Assembly: GCA_965219385.1 (NCBI GenBank)
Contig: CBDCNM010000001.1
Location: 608,631 to 672,630 of the forward strand
Reading direction: 5' to 3'
Source: Candidatus Latescibacterota bacterium
Lineage (GTDB): Bacteria > Latescibacterota > UBA2968 > UBA8231
Length of the DNA stretch: 64,000 bases
Shown here: positions 16,995 to 26,774 of the stretch, one piece after another
Layout of the letters: each line of letters begins with the position of its first letter
Numbering within the stretch: the stretch's first letter is position 1
Translations under genes and position numbers: made by a program
Notes under the pieces: generated by a model
What the model saw: the letters and a program-made list of their open reading frames with translations, nothing else
Told to the model about the DNA's origin: nothing
Databases searched by the model: none

Positions 16995-18452
16995 TCAGAC
17001 ATCGAAGTAGAGGGCGAATTCGTGGGGATGGGGGCGCAAGCGGACCGGGTCGACCTCCTCCTGGCGCTTGTAGGCGATCCAGGCCTGGATCAGATCCGGG
17101 CTGAACACCTCGCCCTGGAGCAAAAAGTCGTGGTCGGCTTCCACCGCCGCCAGCACCGCCTCCAGCGAGCCGGGCGTTTGCGGCACCTGCGCCGCCTCCT
17201 CAGGGGCCAGATCATACAGGTCCTTGTCCAGCGCCGCGCCCGGATCCCGCCGGTTCTGAATCCCGTCCAACCCGGCCATGAGCATGGCCGACAAGGCCAG
17301 ATACAGGTTGCAACTGGGATCGGGACAGCGAAACTCCACCCGCTTGGCCTGGGGACTGGCCGAATACATCGGGATGCGCACCGCCGCCGAGCGGTTGCCC
17401 TGCGAATAGGCCAGGTTCACCGGCGCTTCGTAGCCGGGCACCAGCCGCTTGTAGGAGTTGGTCGTCGGATTGGTGAACGCCAGCAGGGCCGGGGCGTGAT
17501 GCAACAGCCCGCCAATGTAGTGCAGCGCCATCTCGCTCAACCCGGCATAGCCCGACCCGGCAAACAGCGGGCGGGCCCCTTTCCACAAACTCTGGTGGGT
17601 GTGCATGCCCGTGCCGTTGTCCTCGAACAGCGGCTTGGGCATGAACGTGGCGGTCTTGCCGTGCTTGAAGGCCACATTCTTGACCACGTATTTATACAGC
17701 ATCATCCGATCGGCGCAGGTGAGTAGGGGACAGTATTTAATGTCGATCTCGCCCTGCCCGGCGGTGCCCACCTCGTGGTGGTGCACCTCCACCTCGATGC
17801 CGCACTGGATCATGGTCAGGACCATCTCCGAGCGCATATCCTGCAGCGAGTCGGTGGGCGGGACGGGGAAATAGCCGCCCTTGTAGTTGGGCTTGTAGCC
17901 CAGGTTGGGCTGTTCGGCCCGGCCCGAATTCCAGCGGCCTTCCACCGAGTCGATCAAGTAATAGCCTTGGTGGGCCGTCTGGTCGAAGCGGATCTCGTCG
18001 AAGATGAAAAACTCGGCCTCGGGGCCGAAAAAGGCGGTGTCGGCCAGGCCGGTCGCCTGCAGGTAGGCGGTGGCGCGCTGGGCCACCCCGCGCGGATCGC
18101 GGGGGTAGGCCTGGCGGGTGATGGGGTCTTGGATGGAGCAGATCAGCGAGAGGGTGGGCACCTGGGTAAACGGGTCCATGATCGCCGTGGTCGGATCGGG
18201 CAGGATCAGCATGTCGCTTTCGTTGATGGCCTGCCAGCCGCGGATGCTCGACCCATCGAAGCCGAGGCCGTCGGTGAACATGGCCGGTTCCAACTCGGCG
18301 GCGGGAATGGAAAAGTGCTGCCAGGTGCCGGGCAGGTCCACGAACTTGAAGTCCACGATTTGCGCCCCTTCCGAGCGGGCCTTGGCCAGCACCGAGGCGG
18401 CCGGTGCCGAGCGTTGGGGACGCGGTTTGCTCTTGCTCTTGGTCTTTGCCAT
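16995..18452 (-). CDS. glnA: Glutamine synthetase type I
   Basis: [42 protein letters not shown], adenylylation-site DLYDL; ATG at 18452 with GGAAAGGAG RBS. Confidence 0.97.
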   Translation of the reverse strand: MAKTKSKSKPRPQRSAPAASVLAKARSEGAQIVDFKFVDLPGTWQHFSIPAAELEPAMFTDGLGFDGSSIRGWQAINESDMLILPDPTTAIMDPFTQVPTLSLICSIQDPITRQAYPRDPRGVAQRATAYLQATGLADTAFFGPEAEFFIFDEIRFDQTAHQGYYLIDSVEGRWNSGRAEQPNLGYKPNYKGGYFPVPPTDSLQDMRSEMVLTMIQCGIEVEVHHHEVGTAGQGEIDIKYCPLLTCADRMMLYKYVVKNVAFKHGKTATFMPKPLFEDNGTGMHTHQSLWKGARPLFAGSGYAGLSEMALHYIGGLLHHAPALLAFTNPTTNSYKRLVPGYEAPVNLAYSQGNRSAAVRIPMYSASPQAKRVEFRCPDPSCNLYLALSAMLMAGLDGIQNRRDPGAALDKDLYDLAPEEAAQVPQTPGSLEAVLAAVEADHDFLLQGEVFSPDLIQAWIAYKRQEEVDPVRLRPHPHEFALYFDV

Positions 18453-18544
18453 GTGATAACTCCTTTCCGAGAGGTACTGGCCCAAGCTGTTGCACAACTC
18501 AATTCAGGTAAAATCCTGTATTGGCAGAGCAAAATAGAGGAACA

Positions 18545-18573
18545 ATTATAGTCCAGTGGCCGGAGGCTGTCAA
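18545..18573 (-). promoter_or_regulatory. Consensus sigma70 promoter of glnA
   Basis: Minus strand reads TTGACA-gcctccggccactggac (17 bp)-TATAAT. Confidence 0.8.
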
Positions 18574-18594
18574 GATCCTGGGTGGGCCAACCTC

Positions 18595-18622
18595 TTGACA
18601 AGGAATCTGGTGCTTTTATTAT
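18595..18622 (+). promoter_or_regulatory. Sigma70 promoter of the hrcA operon
   Basis: TTGACA-16 bp-TATTAT, back to back with the glnA promoter. Confidence 0.6.
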
Positions 18623-18668
18623 AACTATCGTTTAAGCTGTTTCGCCCGTTCCGGGGAGAGGGTGCTCT

Positions 18669-19694
18669 ATGGATAGTGCGGTACTAGCAAAACGCGAACG
18701 CCAGGTTTTGCAGGCACTGGTGAAGGCATATGTGGCCATAGGCGATCCCATAGGTTCGCGAACATTGTGCAAACGCGAGGATCTGGGTATCAGTCCGGCC
18801 ACGATTCGCAGCGCCTTGGCCCGCCTTGAAGAGAAGGGGTATGTAAAACAACCCCACACTTCTGCCGGTCGTATTCCCACTGACAAAGCCTACAGGTTTT
18901 ACGTGGAGCAGTGCATGCTCGATGAGAGTTTGCTGCGCGCAGGGGAAGACGCCGAGTTGAAGTGGGCGTTGGAGGCCAAGCTGCAGGAAGGGAATATCGA
19001 TGCCATCCTAGGCCAATTGGCCAAGATCGTCGGAGATATATCGCAGCAGCTGGGGTTGGTCATGGCCCCCAAGTTCGAACTGGGGATCTTCCATAAGATG
19101 GAACTGGTCCAACTTACGGCAAGACGTCTCTTGCTGGTCGTGACCATCAACCAGGGACTGGTAAAGAGTCTGACCCTCGAAGTAGATTCCCGCGTATCTC
19201 GTGAAGATTTGAAGAAGGTCAGTCGTCTGCTCAACGAACGCCTTCGTGGTTTGACCATGGCCGAAATACGGCGTTCGGTCCGCCAGCGGCTCCAATCGCT
19301 GGAGGTGGGAACCCCCCAATTGCTGCGCGTGGTCACCGAAGAAATAGAGGGGATGACCCGCCCTACTGGTGCTGATCTCCACGTCGCCGGCACCAGCAAT
19401 ATATGCTTGCAGCCCGAATTCCGCGACCCTCTCAAGTTCGCCGGACTGATGGATCTGGTAGAGAGGAAGGATACTCTAACCCACCTTTTGCGAGAGCGCG
19501 AAGGCATGGTCATCACCATCGGCGAGGAAAATATCCCACAGGAAATGAGGGTATGCAGTATGGTGACGGCCAGTTATGAAGTAAAGGGCATGGTGGGCGT
19601 ACTCGGCGTGATCGGTCCTACCCGTATGCCCTATAGCCGCGTGGTCGCGCTGGTAAATTATGCGGCCTCGCGCGCGGCAGATTTGGTGCATTGA
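18669..19694 (+). CDS. hrcA: Heat-inducible transcription repressor HrcA
   Basis: PIGSRTL, SPATIR, PHTSAGRIPTDKAYRFYV, GVIGPTRMPY. Confidence 0.96.
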   Translation: MDSAVLAKRERQVLQALVKAYVAIGDPIGSRTLCKREDLGISPATIRSALARLEEKGYVKQPHTSAGRIPTDKAYRFYVEQCMLDESLLRAGEDAELKWALEAKLQEGNIDAILGQLAKIVGDISQQLGLVMAPKFELGIFHKMELVQLTARRLLLVVTINQGLVKSLTLEVDSRVSREDLKKVSRLLNERLRGLTMAEIRRSVRQRLQSLEVGTPQLLRVVTEEIEGMTRPTGADLHVAGTSNICLQPEFRDPLKFAGLMDLVERKDTLTHLLREREGMVITIGEENIPQEMRVCSMVTASYEVKGMVGVLGVIGPTRMPYSRVVALVNYAASRAADLVH

Positions 19695-19731
19695 AGCAGG
19701 GGACACAATCAGGAGGTGGCAATTAGGCCCT

Positions 19732-20379
19732 ATGAGTAAGACAGAATCTGGAGAAAAGATCTCTCCGGAACGCGAAGAGATTCGACCCGCGCAGGAGGTC
19801 CAGGCACAATCCGCTGCTGCGACGGACGAAGGTAGCGCCCAGGATGGCGCTTCGGGGGCCGAAGCCGGATCCCCGGAAGATACTGAGGAGAGAATAGAAG
19901 AACAGGAGGAGAGTCCAGAGAAAGCTCTCTACGCAGCCAGAGCGGAAGCGCAAGAGAACTACGACCGCTTTTTGCGAGCCACGGCCGAGCTGGACAATTA
20001 TCGCAAGCGCACCGCAAAGGTGCGGGCGGAGACCCGTGAAGAGGCCCTGCGCGACGTTTTGCTGCAGATTGCTCCGATACTGGACAATATGAGACGGGCG
20101 TTGGCCCAGGAAAACAAGGATGTCGATGTTTTCAAGCAAGGGGTTGAACTGATTTACAGCCAGTTTCAGGAAACCCTGAAAGCCTACGGTCTGGAAGAGA
20201 TTGAGGCAGTTGGCCAGCCCTTTGATCCGACCCTGCACGAAGCCTTGATGGAGATCGAACACCAGGAACATCCTCCTGGAACCGTAGTGGAAGAAATGGA
20301 AAAAGGCTATAGGCTCAATAGCAAGGTAGTGCGTCCGGCGCGCGTGATTGTCAGTAAAGCTGGAGGAGAAGATGGGTAA
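19732..20379 (+). CDS. grpE: Nucleotide exchange factor GrpE
   Basis: RATAELDNYRKR, FDPTLHEA, KGYRLNSKVVRPARVIV. Confidence 0.95.
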   Translation: MSKTESGEKISPEREEIRPAQEVQAQSAAATDEGSAQDGASGAEAGSPEDTEERIEEQEESPEKALYAARAEAQENYDRFLRATAELDNYRKRTAKVRAETREEALRDVLLQIAPILDNMRRALAQENKDVDVFKQGVELIYSQFQETLKAYGLEEIEAVGQPFDPTLHEALMEIEHQEHPPGTVVEEMEKGYRLNSKVVRPARVIVSKAGGEDG

Positions 20380-20425
20380 AGTAATCGGCTTCGAAATCGT
20401 TGACGCGATAAGAAATAGGGTGTAA
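20372..20425 (+). pseudogene. dnaK: dnaK deletion scar (N-terminal MGKVIG fused to C-terminal FEIVD..DKK*)
   Basis: GGAGGAG RBS, then ATG GGT AAA GTA ATC GGC | TTC GAA ATC GTT GAC GC GAT AAG AAA TAG, in the dnaK slot between grpE and dnaJ. Confidence 0.8.
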
Positions 20426-21568
20426 ATGGCCAAAAGGGACTACTACGACGTTCTGGGAGTGGGCCGGGATGCTGGCGTAGCGGATATCAAGAGCGCCTAT
20501 CGCAAACTGGCACTCAAATACCACCCTGACCGCAATCCTGGAGATGCAGAGGCCGAGGAGCATTTCAAAGAGGCATCCGAAGCCTACGAAGTCCTCAGTG
20601 ATCCAGAAAAAAAGGCCAACTACGATCGCTTCGGGCATGCTGGTGTCGAAGCCAGCTTTGGCGGGGGCGGATTCCAGTGGTCCGATTTCACTCACGCCAC
20701 GGACTTCGAAGATATTTTTGGCGATGTGTTTAGCAGCTTCTTCGGCGGTGGGCGGTCTCGCCGCGGGCCATCCGGACCACCGCGGGGTCGCGATTTAAAG
20801 GTGCCTATTGAACTTACTCTGGAGGAAGTCGCCCAGGGCGTGGAAAAGAAAATCAACCTGCAACGTCTGCAAACCTGTCAGACCTGTGGCGGATCCGGTG
20901 CGGCTGCCGGTAGTGTAAAGGAGACCTGTACTACCTGTGGGGGGATCGGTCAGGTCCGGCAGGTAAGCCGCGGTTTTTTGGGCCAATCAGTTGAGGTTAC
21001 GGCCTGTCCCACCTGCAATGGGGAAGGGAATATCGTGCGCACTCCCTGCGGGGAGTGCAGCGGAGAAGGACGGAAGCGCGACAGGGACACCCTTAAGGTC
21101 AAAATTCCTCCGGGTGTTAGTACGGGTATTTATATACCTTTGCGAGGAGAGGGCGAGGTGGGTCCCCGGGGTGGTCCGGCTGGAAATTGTCTAGTTTTCA
21201 TCAAAGAAAAAGAGCATGAATACTTCACCCGGGATGGCAACGATGTGCTCTATCTCCTGCCTATCAGCTTTGGCCAGGCTGCTTTGGGAGATGAAGTAGA
21301 GGTGCCCACGCTCACGGGTAAGGCGCGGATGAAGATCCCTGCAGGAACTCAGTCCGGCAAGACCTTGAGGTTGCGCCAGAAGGGCATCCCGGATGTGCAC
21401 GGCCGGGGGGTGGGAGACCAGTTGATACAGATAGTAGTATGGACTCCTACCCAGTTGAGCGAGCCGGAACGCAGGCTGTTTGAAGACCTGGTAGAGCTGG
21501 AAAAGGACCGCGCCGCGTCTGAGGGCAAGGGGTTTTTCGAAAAAATGCGGCAGGCCTTTGGGGCTTAG
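20426..21568 (+). CDS. dnaJ: Molecular chaperone DnaJ
   Basis: J-domain with HPD, G/F region, four CxxCxGxG repeats, C-terminal domain. Confidence 0.97.
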   Translation: MAKRDYYDVLGVGRDAGVADIKSAYRKLALKYHPDRNPGDAEAEEHFKEASEAYEVLSDPEKKANYDRFGHAGVEASFGGGGFQWSDFTHATDFEDIFGDVFSSFFGGGRSRRGPSGPPRGRDLKVPIELTLEEVAQGVEKKINLQRLQTCQTCGGSGAAAGSVKETCTTCGGIGQVRQVSRGFLGQSVEVTACPTCNGEGNIVRTPCGECSGEGRKRDRDTLKVKIPPGVSTGIYIPLRGEGEVGPRGGPAGNCLVFIKEKEHEYFTRDGNDVLYLLPISFGQAALGDEVEVPTLTGKARMKIPAGTQSGKTLRLRQKGIPDVHGRGVGDQLIQIVVWTPTQLSEPERRLFEDLVELEKDRAASEGKGFFEKMRQAFGA

Positions 21569-21595
21569 AGGTCCGCCGGGAAAGCAACCGCGAAA

Positions 21596-22408
21596 TTGCA
21601 GGTACCGAGAACCCTTCCACAAGACAGCGACCTCCTCCCTAAAGTGCGCAATGTCGTTGCCGTGGCGAGCGCCAAAGGTGGCGTGGGCAAATCTACGGTT
21701 TGCGTCAATCTGGCTCTTAGTCTGGCAGAGATGGGAGTTAGGGTCGGATTGTTGGACGCCGATATTTACGGACCCAGTGTGCCGCTGCTGATGGGGGTTA
21801 GGGAGCAGCCCGAGTTGACGGACGCCGGCAAGATACTGCCCATCGTCAAACACGGGGTGGCCCTGATGTCGATCGGATTTATTGCCGGTGAGGAAAGTCC
21901 CGTGGTCTGGCGCGGTCCCCTGCTGGCCCAGGCAGTACAGCAATTTATCGAACAGGTGGAGTGGGGAGACCTGGATTATTTGTTGATCGATATGCCTCCC
22001 GGAACCGGAGATATTCCCCTTACTCTGAGTCAGCAGATTGCCCTGTCCGGAGTCGTGATCGTGACCACGCCGCAGGATGTGGCCCTGGAAGACGTCGAAC
22101 GGGGGATCGCTATGTTCGAGCGGGTAGAGGTGGACATCATCGGGCTGGTGGAAAACATGAGCTATTTTATCTGTCCCCACTGTAGTGAACGCCACGAGAT
22201 CTTCGGCCACGATGGAGGCCGGGAAATGGCTGCCCGATTGGGCCTGCATTTCCTGGGAAAAATCCCCCTTGATCCAGCGGTGCGTGCAGGTGGAGATCGG
22301 GGAAGATCCATTGCGGTCGAGCCGGCGGACTCCGAGGAGGCGCGGGTGTTCGCAGAGATTGCCAGCGGGATTGTGCGGGAAATCCGCCATCTCGCCGAAG
22401 ATGGATAG
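21596..22408 (+). CDS. mrp: Mrp/NBP35 (ApbC) Fe-S cluster carrier ATPase, lacking the N-terminal domain
   Basis: AKGGVGKST, DADIYGPS, WRGP, DMPPGTGD, ENMSYFICPHC. Confidence 0.9.
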   Translation: MQVPRTLPQDSDLLPKVRNVVAVASAKGGVGKSTVCVNLALSLAEMGVRVGLLDADIYGPSVPLLMGVREQPELTDAGKILPIVKHGVALMSIGFIAGEESPVVWRGPLLAQAVQQFIEQVEWGDLDYLLIDMPPGTGDIPLTLSQQIALSGVVIVTTPQDVALEDVERGIAMFERVEVDIIGLVENMSYFICPHCSERHEIFGHDGGREMAARLGLHFLGKIPLDPAVRAGGDRGRSIAVEPADSEEARVFAEIASGIVREIRHLAEDG

Positions 22409-22446
22409 CAAAGCACGCGAAAAACAAAAAAAGACGCTTGAAAAGG

Positions 22447-22477
22447 GCGCTGGTAGCGGGTAGACCAGCGCTTTTTT
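22447..22477 (+). terminator. Rho-independent terminator
   Basis: GCGCTGGT-loop-ACCAGCGC followed by TTTTTT. Confidence 0.7.
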
Positions 22478-22531
22478 GTTCCCCTATGCACCTTGCTTGG
22501 CCGAGGGGGGGGGGTTACTATCTTTGATAGG

Positions 22532-23404
22532 GTGAACAACGACAAGCAAAAATGGCATTGCCTCCGCTTCATCGTCCCCCGGCAGTGGGCCGATGACATC
22601 TCGGCCCACTGTTTTGAACTGGGTAGCTGCGGCGCCCAGCTAGAACAGGAGGGCGAGGCAACGCGGTTGATTGCCTATTTCGATGCCGCGCTCGCCAGCC
22701 AGCGCATTCGCCGCGAAATCGAGCAGTTTCTGAGCATGCTCGGCCTGGTCGAAATCCAGATCGCCACGGAGCACCTGGAGGAGCAGGACTGGGAAGCAGA
22801 ATGGCGCAGTTATTTCTCTCCCATCCAGGCTACGCCACGCATTGTCATCCATCCCTCCTGGTTCCCGCTAGAAGTTCGGGAAGATCAAATTGCGCTGGTC
22901 ATCGATCCCAAGATGGCTTTTGGCACCGGGGGACACGAATCCACCCAGCTTTGCCTGCAAGGGTTGGAGAATACCCTGTGCCCGGGAGATCGCTGTCTGG
23001 ATCTGGGAACCGGGAGTGGGGTCCTGTCCATTGCCGCCGCCCACCTGGGCGCCGGCCGGATTCTCGCTGTGGACATTGACCCGCGCGCGCTGGAAAATGC
23101 CCGCGAGAATCTGGCCAATAATGGTATTGACGAGACGAAAGTACAGATAGAGCAAGGCAGCATCGACCAGATCTCGGGTGTTTGTTTTGAGCTGATCCTG
23201 GCCAATATTCAAAGCCATGTCCTGCGACCTTTGCTGGGTTCTGTCCACGATCTGCTGCCGGAGGAGGGCCACGCAATTTTTTCTGGTTTGTTGGCTCGCG
23301 AAGAACGGATGTTTTGCGCCTGGGTCGAGGAGGCTGGACTGGGGGTGGAAACCGTACTGGCAAAAAACAACTGGATATGTCTCGTGGCCCAGAGGCGCGC
23401 TTAG
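22532..23404 (+). CDS. prmA: Ribosomal protein L11 methyltransferase
   Basis: DPKMAFGTGGHEST, LDLGTGSGVL, ILANI; start uncertain (GTG 22532 or TTG 22493). Confidence 0.92.
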   Translation: MNNDKQKWHCLRFIVPRQWADDISAHCFELGSCGAQLEQEGEATRLIAYFDAALASQRIRREIEQFLSMLGLVEIQIATEHLEEQDWEAEWRSYFSPIQATPRIVIHPSWFPLEVREDQIALVIDPKMAFGTGGHESTQLCLQGLENTLCPGDRCLDLGTGSGVLSIAAAHLGAGRILAVDIDPRALENARENLANNGIDETKVQIEQGSIDQISGVCFELILANIQSHVLRPLLGSVHDLLPEEGHAIFSGLLAREERMFCAWVEEAGLGVETVLAKNNWICLVAQRRA

Positions 23405-24142
23405 ATGGCCAATTTTGTGGTCCACCCAGACGATGTGCAGGCGCAGAGCCTGGTCCTGCGCAATGCGGAAGTGGTTCACTTGGTGAGGGTGAGGCGTCAT
23501 CGGGTAGGCGAAGAGATTGAGGTAATCGATGGAAGCGGTCGTTTCTATCAGGTCCGCATTGCCACGATAGAGCGCAATAAAGTGTACTGCGAGATCTTGG
23601 ACAGCCGGGAGGATTGCGGCGAGAGTCCGGTGCAGCTCAATCTGGCGCCGGCGTTGATAAAGGGGCAGCGGTTTGATTTTGTAATCGAAAAAACGACCGA
23701 GATCGGGGTGGTCGGCATCTTTCCACTGTGTGCCGAACGGGGCGTGGTGAAGCCGGGTTCGGTCCACAAGATCGAACGCTGGCAACGTTTGGCCCGAGCC
23801 GCGGCCAAACAGTGTGGCCGGTCCCGTATGCCTTCGGTTCATCCTCCTGCCGTTCTTGAGGAGGTTATAGAGGGGTTCAAAGAAAAGAGCGACCTTGTGC
23901 TGATGGCTGCTCCGGGGATCCCGGAAGGGGAATTGAGACAGTGCCTGGAGGGCGAGAACGCCAGGCGATTGGGGCTGTTGATAGGCCCTGAAGGCGGGTT
24001 TTCCCCGGCTGAACAGGTGCGGGCAAAAGATGCTGGGGTACGGCTGTTTTCATGGGGTGAGCGCACCTTGAGGGCGGATACCGCCAGTATTGTCCTTGCG
24101 ACTTTGCTCATGCATGAAGCCGAGCAGATGACAAAAAAATAA
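23405..24142 (+). CDS. rsmE: 16S rRNA m3U1498 methyltransferase
   Basis: [29 protein letters not shown]. Confidence 0.93.
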   Translation: MANFVVHPDDVQAQSLVLRNAEVVHLVRVRRHRVGEEIEVIDGSGRFYQVRIATIERNKVYCEILDSREDCGESPVQLNLAPALIKGQRFDFVIEKTTEIGVVGIFPLCAERGVVKPGSVHKIERWQRLARAAAKQCGRSRMPSVHPPAVLEEVIEGFKEKSDLVLMAAPGIPEGELRQCLEGENARRLGLLIGPEGGFSPAEQVRAKDAGVRLFSWGERTLRADTASIVLATLLMHEAEQMTKK

Positions 24143-24155
24143 GGGAGTAGGCACA

Positions 24156-24608
24156 GTGCCATATGAAATTCTGGTCCTGCACGGGACCAACCTCAATCTG
24201 CTGGGGACGCGCGAACCGGGGATCTACGGCAGCGAGACCCTGGATGATATCAATAAGCAGATTGAAGCCGAAGCCGGGGCACTGGGTATCCAGGTGCGCA
24301 TCCTGCAGTCCAATCACGAAGGAGCACTGGTCAATGCCATACACCAGGGCCGTGATTGGGCAGACGGCCTAGTGATGAATCCAGGAGCCCTGACGCATTA
24401 CAGTATTGCCCTGCGGGACGCGGTGGCCGCTGTGGGGCTGCCTGCTATCGAAGTGCATCTCAGTAATATCCATGCTCGAGAAGGGTTCCGCCACCGATCG
24501 GTCATAGCTCCGGTCTGTGTGGGACAACTGGCTGGCTTTGGAGGCTTCAGTTACCTCATGGGCCTGCGGGCCATGGTCCACTACCTGGAGAATTATGGCT
24601 GTGATTGA
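24156..24608 (+). CDS. aroQ: Type II 3-dehydroquinate dehydratase
   Basis: [40 protein letters not shown]. Confidence 0.95.
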   Translation: MPYEILVLHGTNLNLLGTREPGIYGSETLDDINKQIEAEAGALGIQVRILQSNHEGALVNAIHQGRDWADGLVMNPGALTHYSIALRDAVAAVGLPAIEVHLSNIHAREGFRHRSVIAPVCVGQLAGFGGFSYLMGLRAMVHYLENYGCD

Positions 24609-24698
24609 GAGCCCCTAACAAAATGCCAGCTGGCGTTGCGCGCCGGCCAGCGGGGGGTTTGAGCACGGCTTCTGAGAGTCCGTACGAAAATCCGTGAC

Positions 24699-25292
24699 TT
24701 AGAATTGGTATAGATAAGTCAACTTTAGGGTCGAGGTGCCGTGGTTCAGAGAAAGTTCGGGAAAGATGCGTCGGGTGGACTTGCGCGGGACCAGGGCAAC
24801 TCCCAGGGTGGCGGTGGCCAGAATCGCCGAACCCCAGCCCAGCAGACGCGCCGTATCCGCCTCGTCGCGGAGCGTAGCGGCCCTCCCTTGGGTGGCCTCG
24901 AACTGGTCGTTTTGATCGGCTTCTTTGTCCTTGTCGGAAGCCCGGTCAAAAAGCAATCCGGACAAAACTCCAAAGGCCAGGGTGCCGCCCAGAAAACTGA
25001 TATACGGGAATTCAGTAACAGTGATGGTTTGCGCGTTGCTCCCCAGGGAATCGAGGGTGACGAGTTTATCTACCAGCTCCGGGTCAAAGGTGAATACCTG
25101 GTCGTTGACCTTCATGATAATAAGGTCCTGGGTTCGTTCGACCAGGTGGCCCATAATCACGTTGCCGTCCGCCATATAGAGGCGGGTGTCGGGACCACTG
25201 ATCGCGGATTCGTCTGCAAATTCCGCCGCGAATACCACGCAGGGCTGTACTGCCAGAGAAAAAGCCAAGGCCAGGGCCACCCAAGATTTCAT
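24699..25292 (-). CDS. Hypothetical exported/membrane protein
   Basis: Signal peptide (MKSWVALALAFSL...VFA), small beta domain (LYMADGNVIMGHLV), two hydrophobic helices, C-terminal YQF. Confidence 0.6.
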   Translation of the reverse strand: MKSWVALALAFSLAVQPCVVFAAEFADESAISGPDTRLYMADGNVIMGHLVERTQDLIIMKVNDQVFTFDPELVDKLVTLDSLGSNAQTITVTEFPYISFLGGTLAFGVLSGLLFDRASDKDKEADQNDQFEATQGRAATLRDEADTARLLGWGSAILATATLGVALVPRKSTRRIFPELSLNHGTSTLKLTYLYQF

Positions 25293-25356
25293 GACGATTC
25301 TCCCGGTTGTAGAGGACACCATACCCACAACTAATTAAAGTAAAAACTGGTTTATC

Positions 25357-26703
25357 GTGTCAATATATGATACTCCCCAGCAAAAGCCGGGTTCCCTGGC
25401 TTTGACTTCAGAGCAACTCCGGGATATGAGCGTCGCCCGGATCAGAGAACTGGTAGAAAAAAGTCCCCTGGAAGATAAGGCTTTCTGGGCATTGCTCGAA
25501 CAAGATGGGCGGATCGGGGTTCGGCGCCTGGCGGTTCGACTGAGCCGGCGGTTCCAGCGTCAGGAGGCCGAAAAAGAGCGGCTGGGACGCTTGCTGGAGC
25601 TGGAGCGGCGCTTGTGGGGGCGTGGAATAAAAAAGGTGGCCGGAGTGGATGAGGTTGGCCGCGGTTGTCTGGCGGGACCCGTGGTGGCCGCTGCGGTGAT
25701 TCTTCCCCAGAATGTTGTCATCCCCGGTCTGGACGATTCCAAAAAACTCAGCCCTGAGAAGCGCGAGCAACTCCTGGAGGAGATCGTGCACAAGGCCGTG
25801 GCCCTGGGGGTAGCAAGGGTCGAAGCAGAGGAAATTGACCGTCTCAATATCCTCCAGGCATCCCTCCAGGCCATGCGCCTGGCTTTGGCTCGTTTGGGCA
25901 TGAAGCCCGAGCACGTGCTGGTCGACGGCAATCGCAAGCCGGGCGGCCCTTTCCCGGAGTTGGCCGTGGTGGATGGGGATGCCCGTTCTTTGTCTATCGC
26001 GGCGGCATCGGTGGTGGCCAAGGTACATCGGGACCGGATGATGGTGGAGTACGGGCAGAGATACCCTCAATACGGTTTTGCGAGCCACAAAGGCTATGGC
26101 AGCCCCGAGCACCTCAAGGCGCTCAGGGCACACGGCCCCTGCCCTTTACACCGGAGGTCGTTCGGTCCTGTGGTAGAGCTGGCAAAAAAGAGACGTTCCG
26201 CGGAGTTCCTGGTTTTCGCAGAGGGCCTGGAAAGCTGTCAGGACCACGCTGAACTGGAAAGGTTGGGCTACTTTATCAAAGAAGGTGCCGGAGAGCTGGA
26301 CTCGGGGGAACGGGATGCCTTGAGGGGGATTTACAAATCGCGTTTGCAGGCTCTGAACCGCATCGGCAAGAAGGGGGAGATTGCAGCGGCCGACTTTCTC
26401 GCCTCCCGGGGGTACGACGTGCTGGAACGGGGCTACCGCGGCGCTGGGGGAGAGATTGACCTGGTCGCCCGCCAGCAGGATTGTCTTGTTTTCGTCGAGG
26501 TGAAGAGCAGCCTGGGGGGAGGCCTCGGCCATCCAGAGGAAAGGGTTCGGGGGGACAAGCGGGCTCATCTGGCGCGGGCGGCGCAACACTACCTGCAGCG
26601 GCACAAAGATGTGGTCCTGGCGTATCGGTTCGATGTTATTGCGGTATTGCTGGGGGAAGGCGAAGCGGAAATAACCCACCTTGAAAACGCGTTTCAAACC
26701 TAG
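25357..26703 (+). CDS. rnhB: Ribonuclease HII fused to a C-terminal YraN (UPF0102) nuclease-like domain
   Basis: AGVDEVGRG, DDSKKL, DGDARS, HKGY, HRRSF; then GEIAAADFL...GEIDLVA...VFVEVK...YRFDVIAV...HLENAF. Start may be ATG 25426. Confidence 0.92.
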   Translation: MSIYDTPQQKPGSLALTSEQLRDMSVARIRELVEKSPLEDKAFWALLEQDGRIGVRRLAVRLSRRFQRQEAEKERLGRLLELERRLWGRGIKKVAGVDEVGRGCLAGPVVAAAVILPQNVVIPGLDDSKKLSPEKREQLLEEIVHKAVALGVARVEAEEIDRLNILQASLQAMRLALARLGMKPEHVLVDGNRKPGGPFPELAVVDGDARSLSIAAASVVAKVHRDRMMVEYGQRYPQYGFASHKGYGSPEHLKALRAHGPCPLHRRSFGPVVELAKKRRSAEFLVFAEGLESCQDHAELERLGYFIKEGAGELDSGERDALRGIYKSRLQALNRIGKKGEIAAADFLASRGYDVLERGYRGAGGEIDLVARQQDCLVFVEVKSSLGGGLGHPEERVRGDKRAHLARAAQHYLQRHKDVVLAYRFDVIAVLLGEGEAEITHLENAFQT

Positions 26704-26774
26704 TAGACGACCGCGTTGATTTTGAGGCCGGCCCCAGAGGGCCGTCAGCCAGCCCAATTTATCTGGTCGTCTAC
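26703..26774. mobile_element. 72-bp miniature inverted-repeat element (MITE-like), copy 1
   Basis: 10-bp terminal inverted repeats GTAGACGACC/GGTCGTCTAC, flanked by TA (CTAG context); internal hairpin CGGCCC-CAGA-GGGCCG. Confidence 0.75.

Noticed and set aside
18600..18720. CIRCE operator upstream of hrcA
   Set aside because: I could not find TTAGCACTC-N9-GAGTGCTAA or a close variant here or before grpE/dnaJ.
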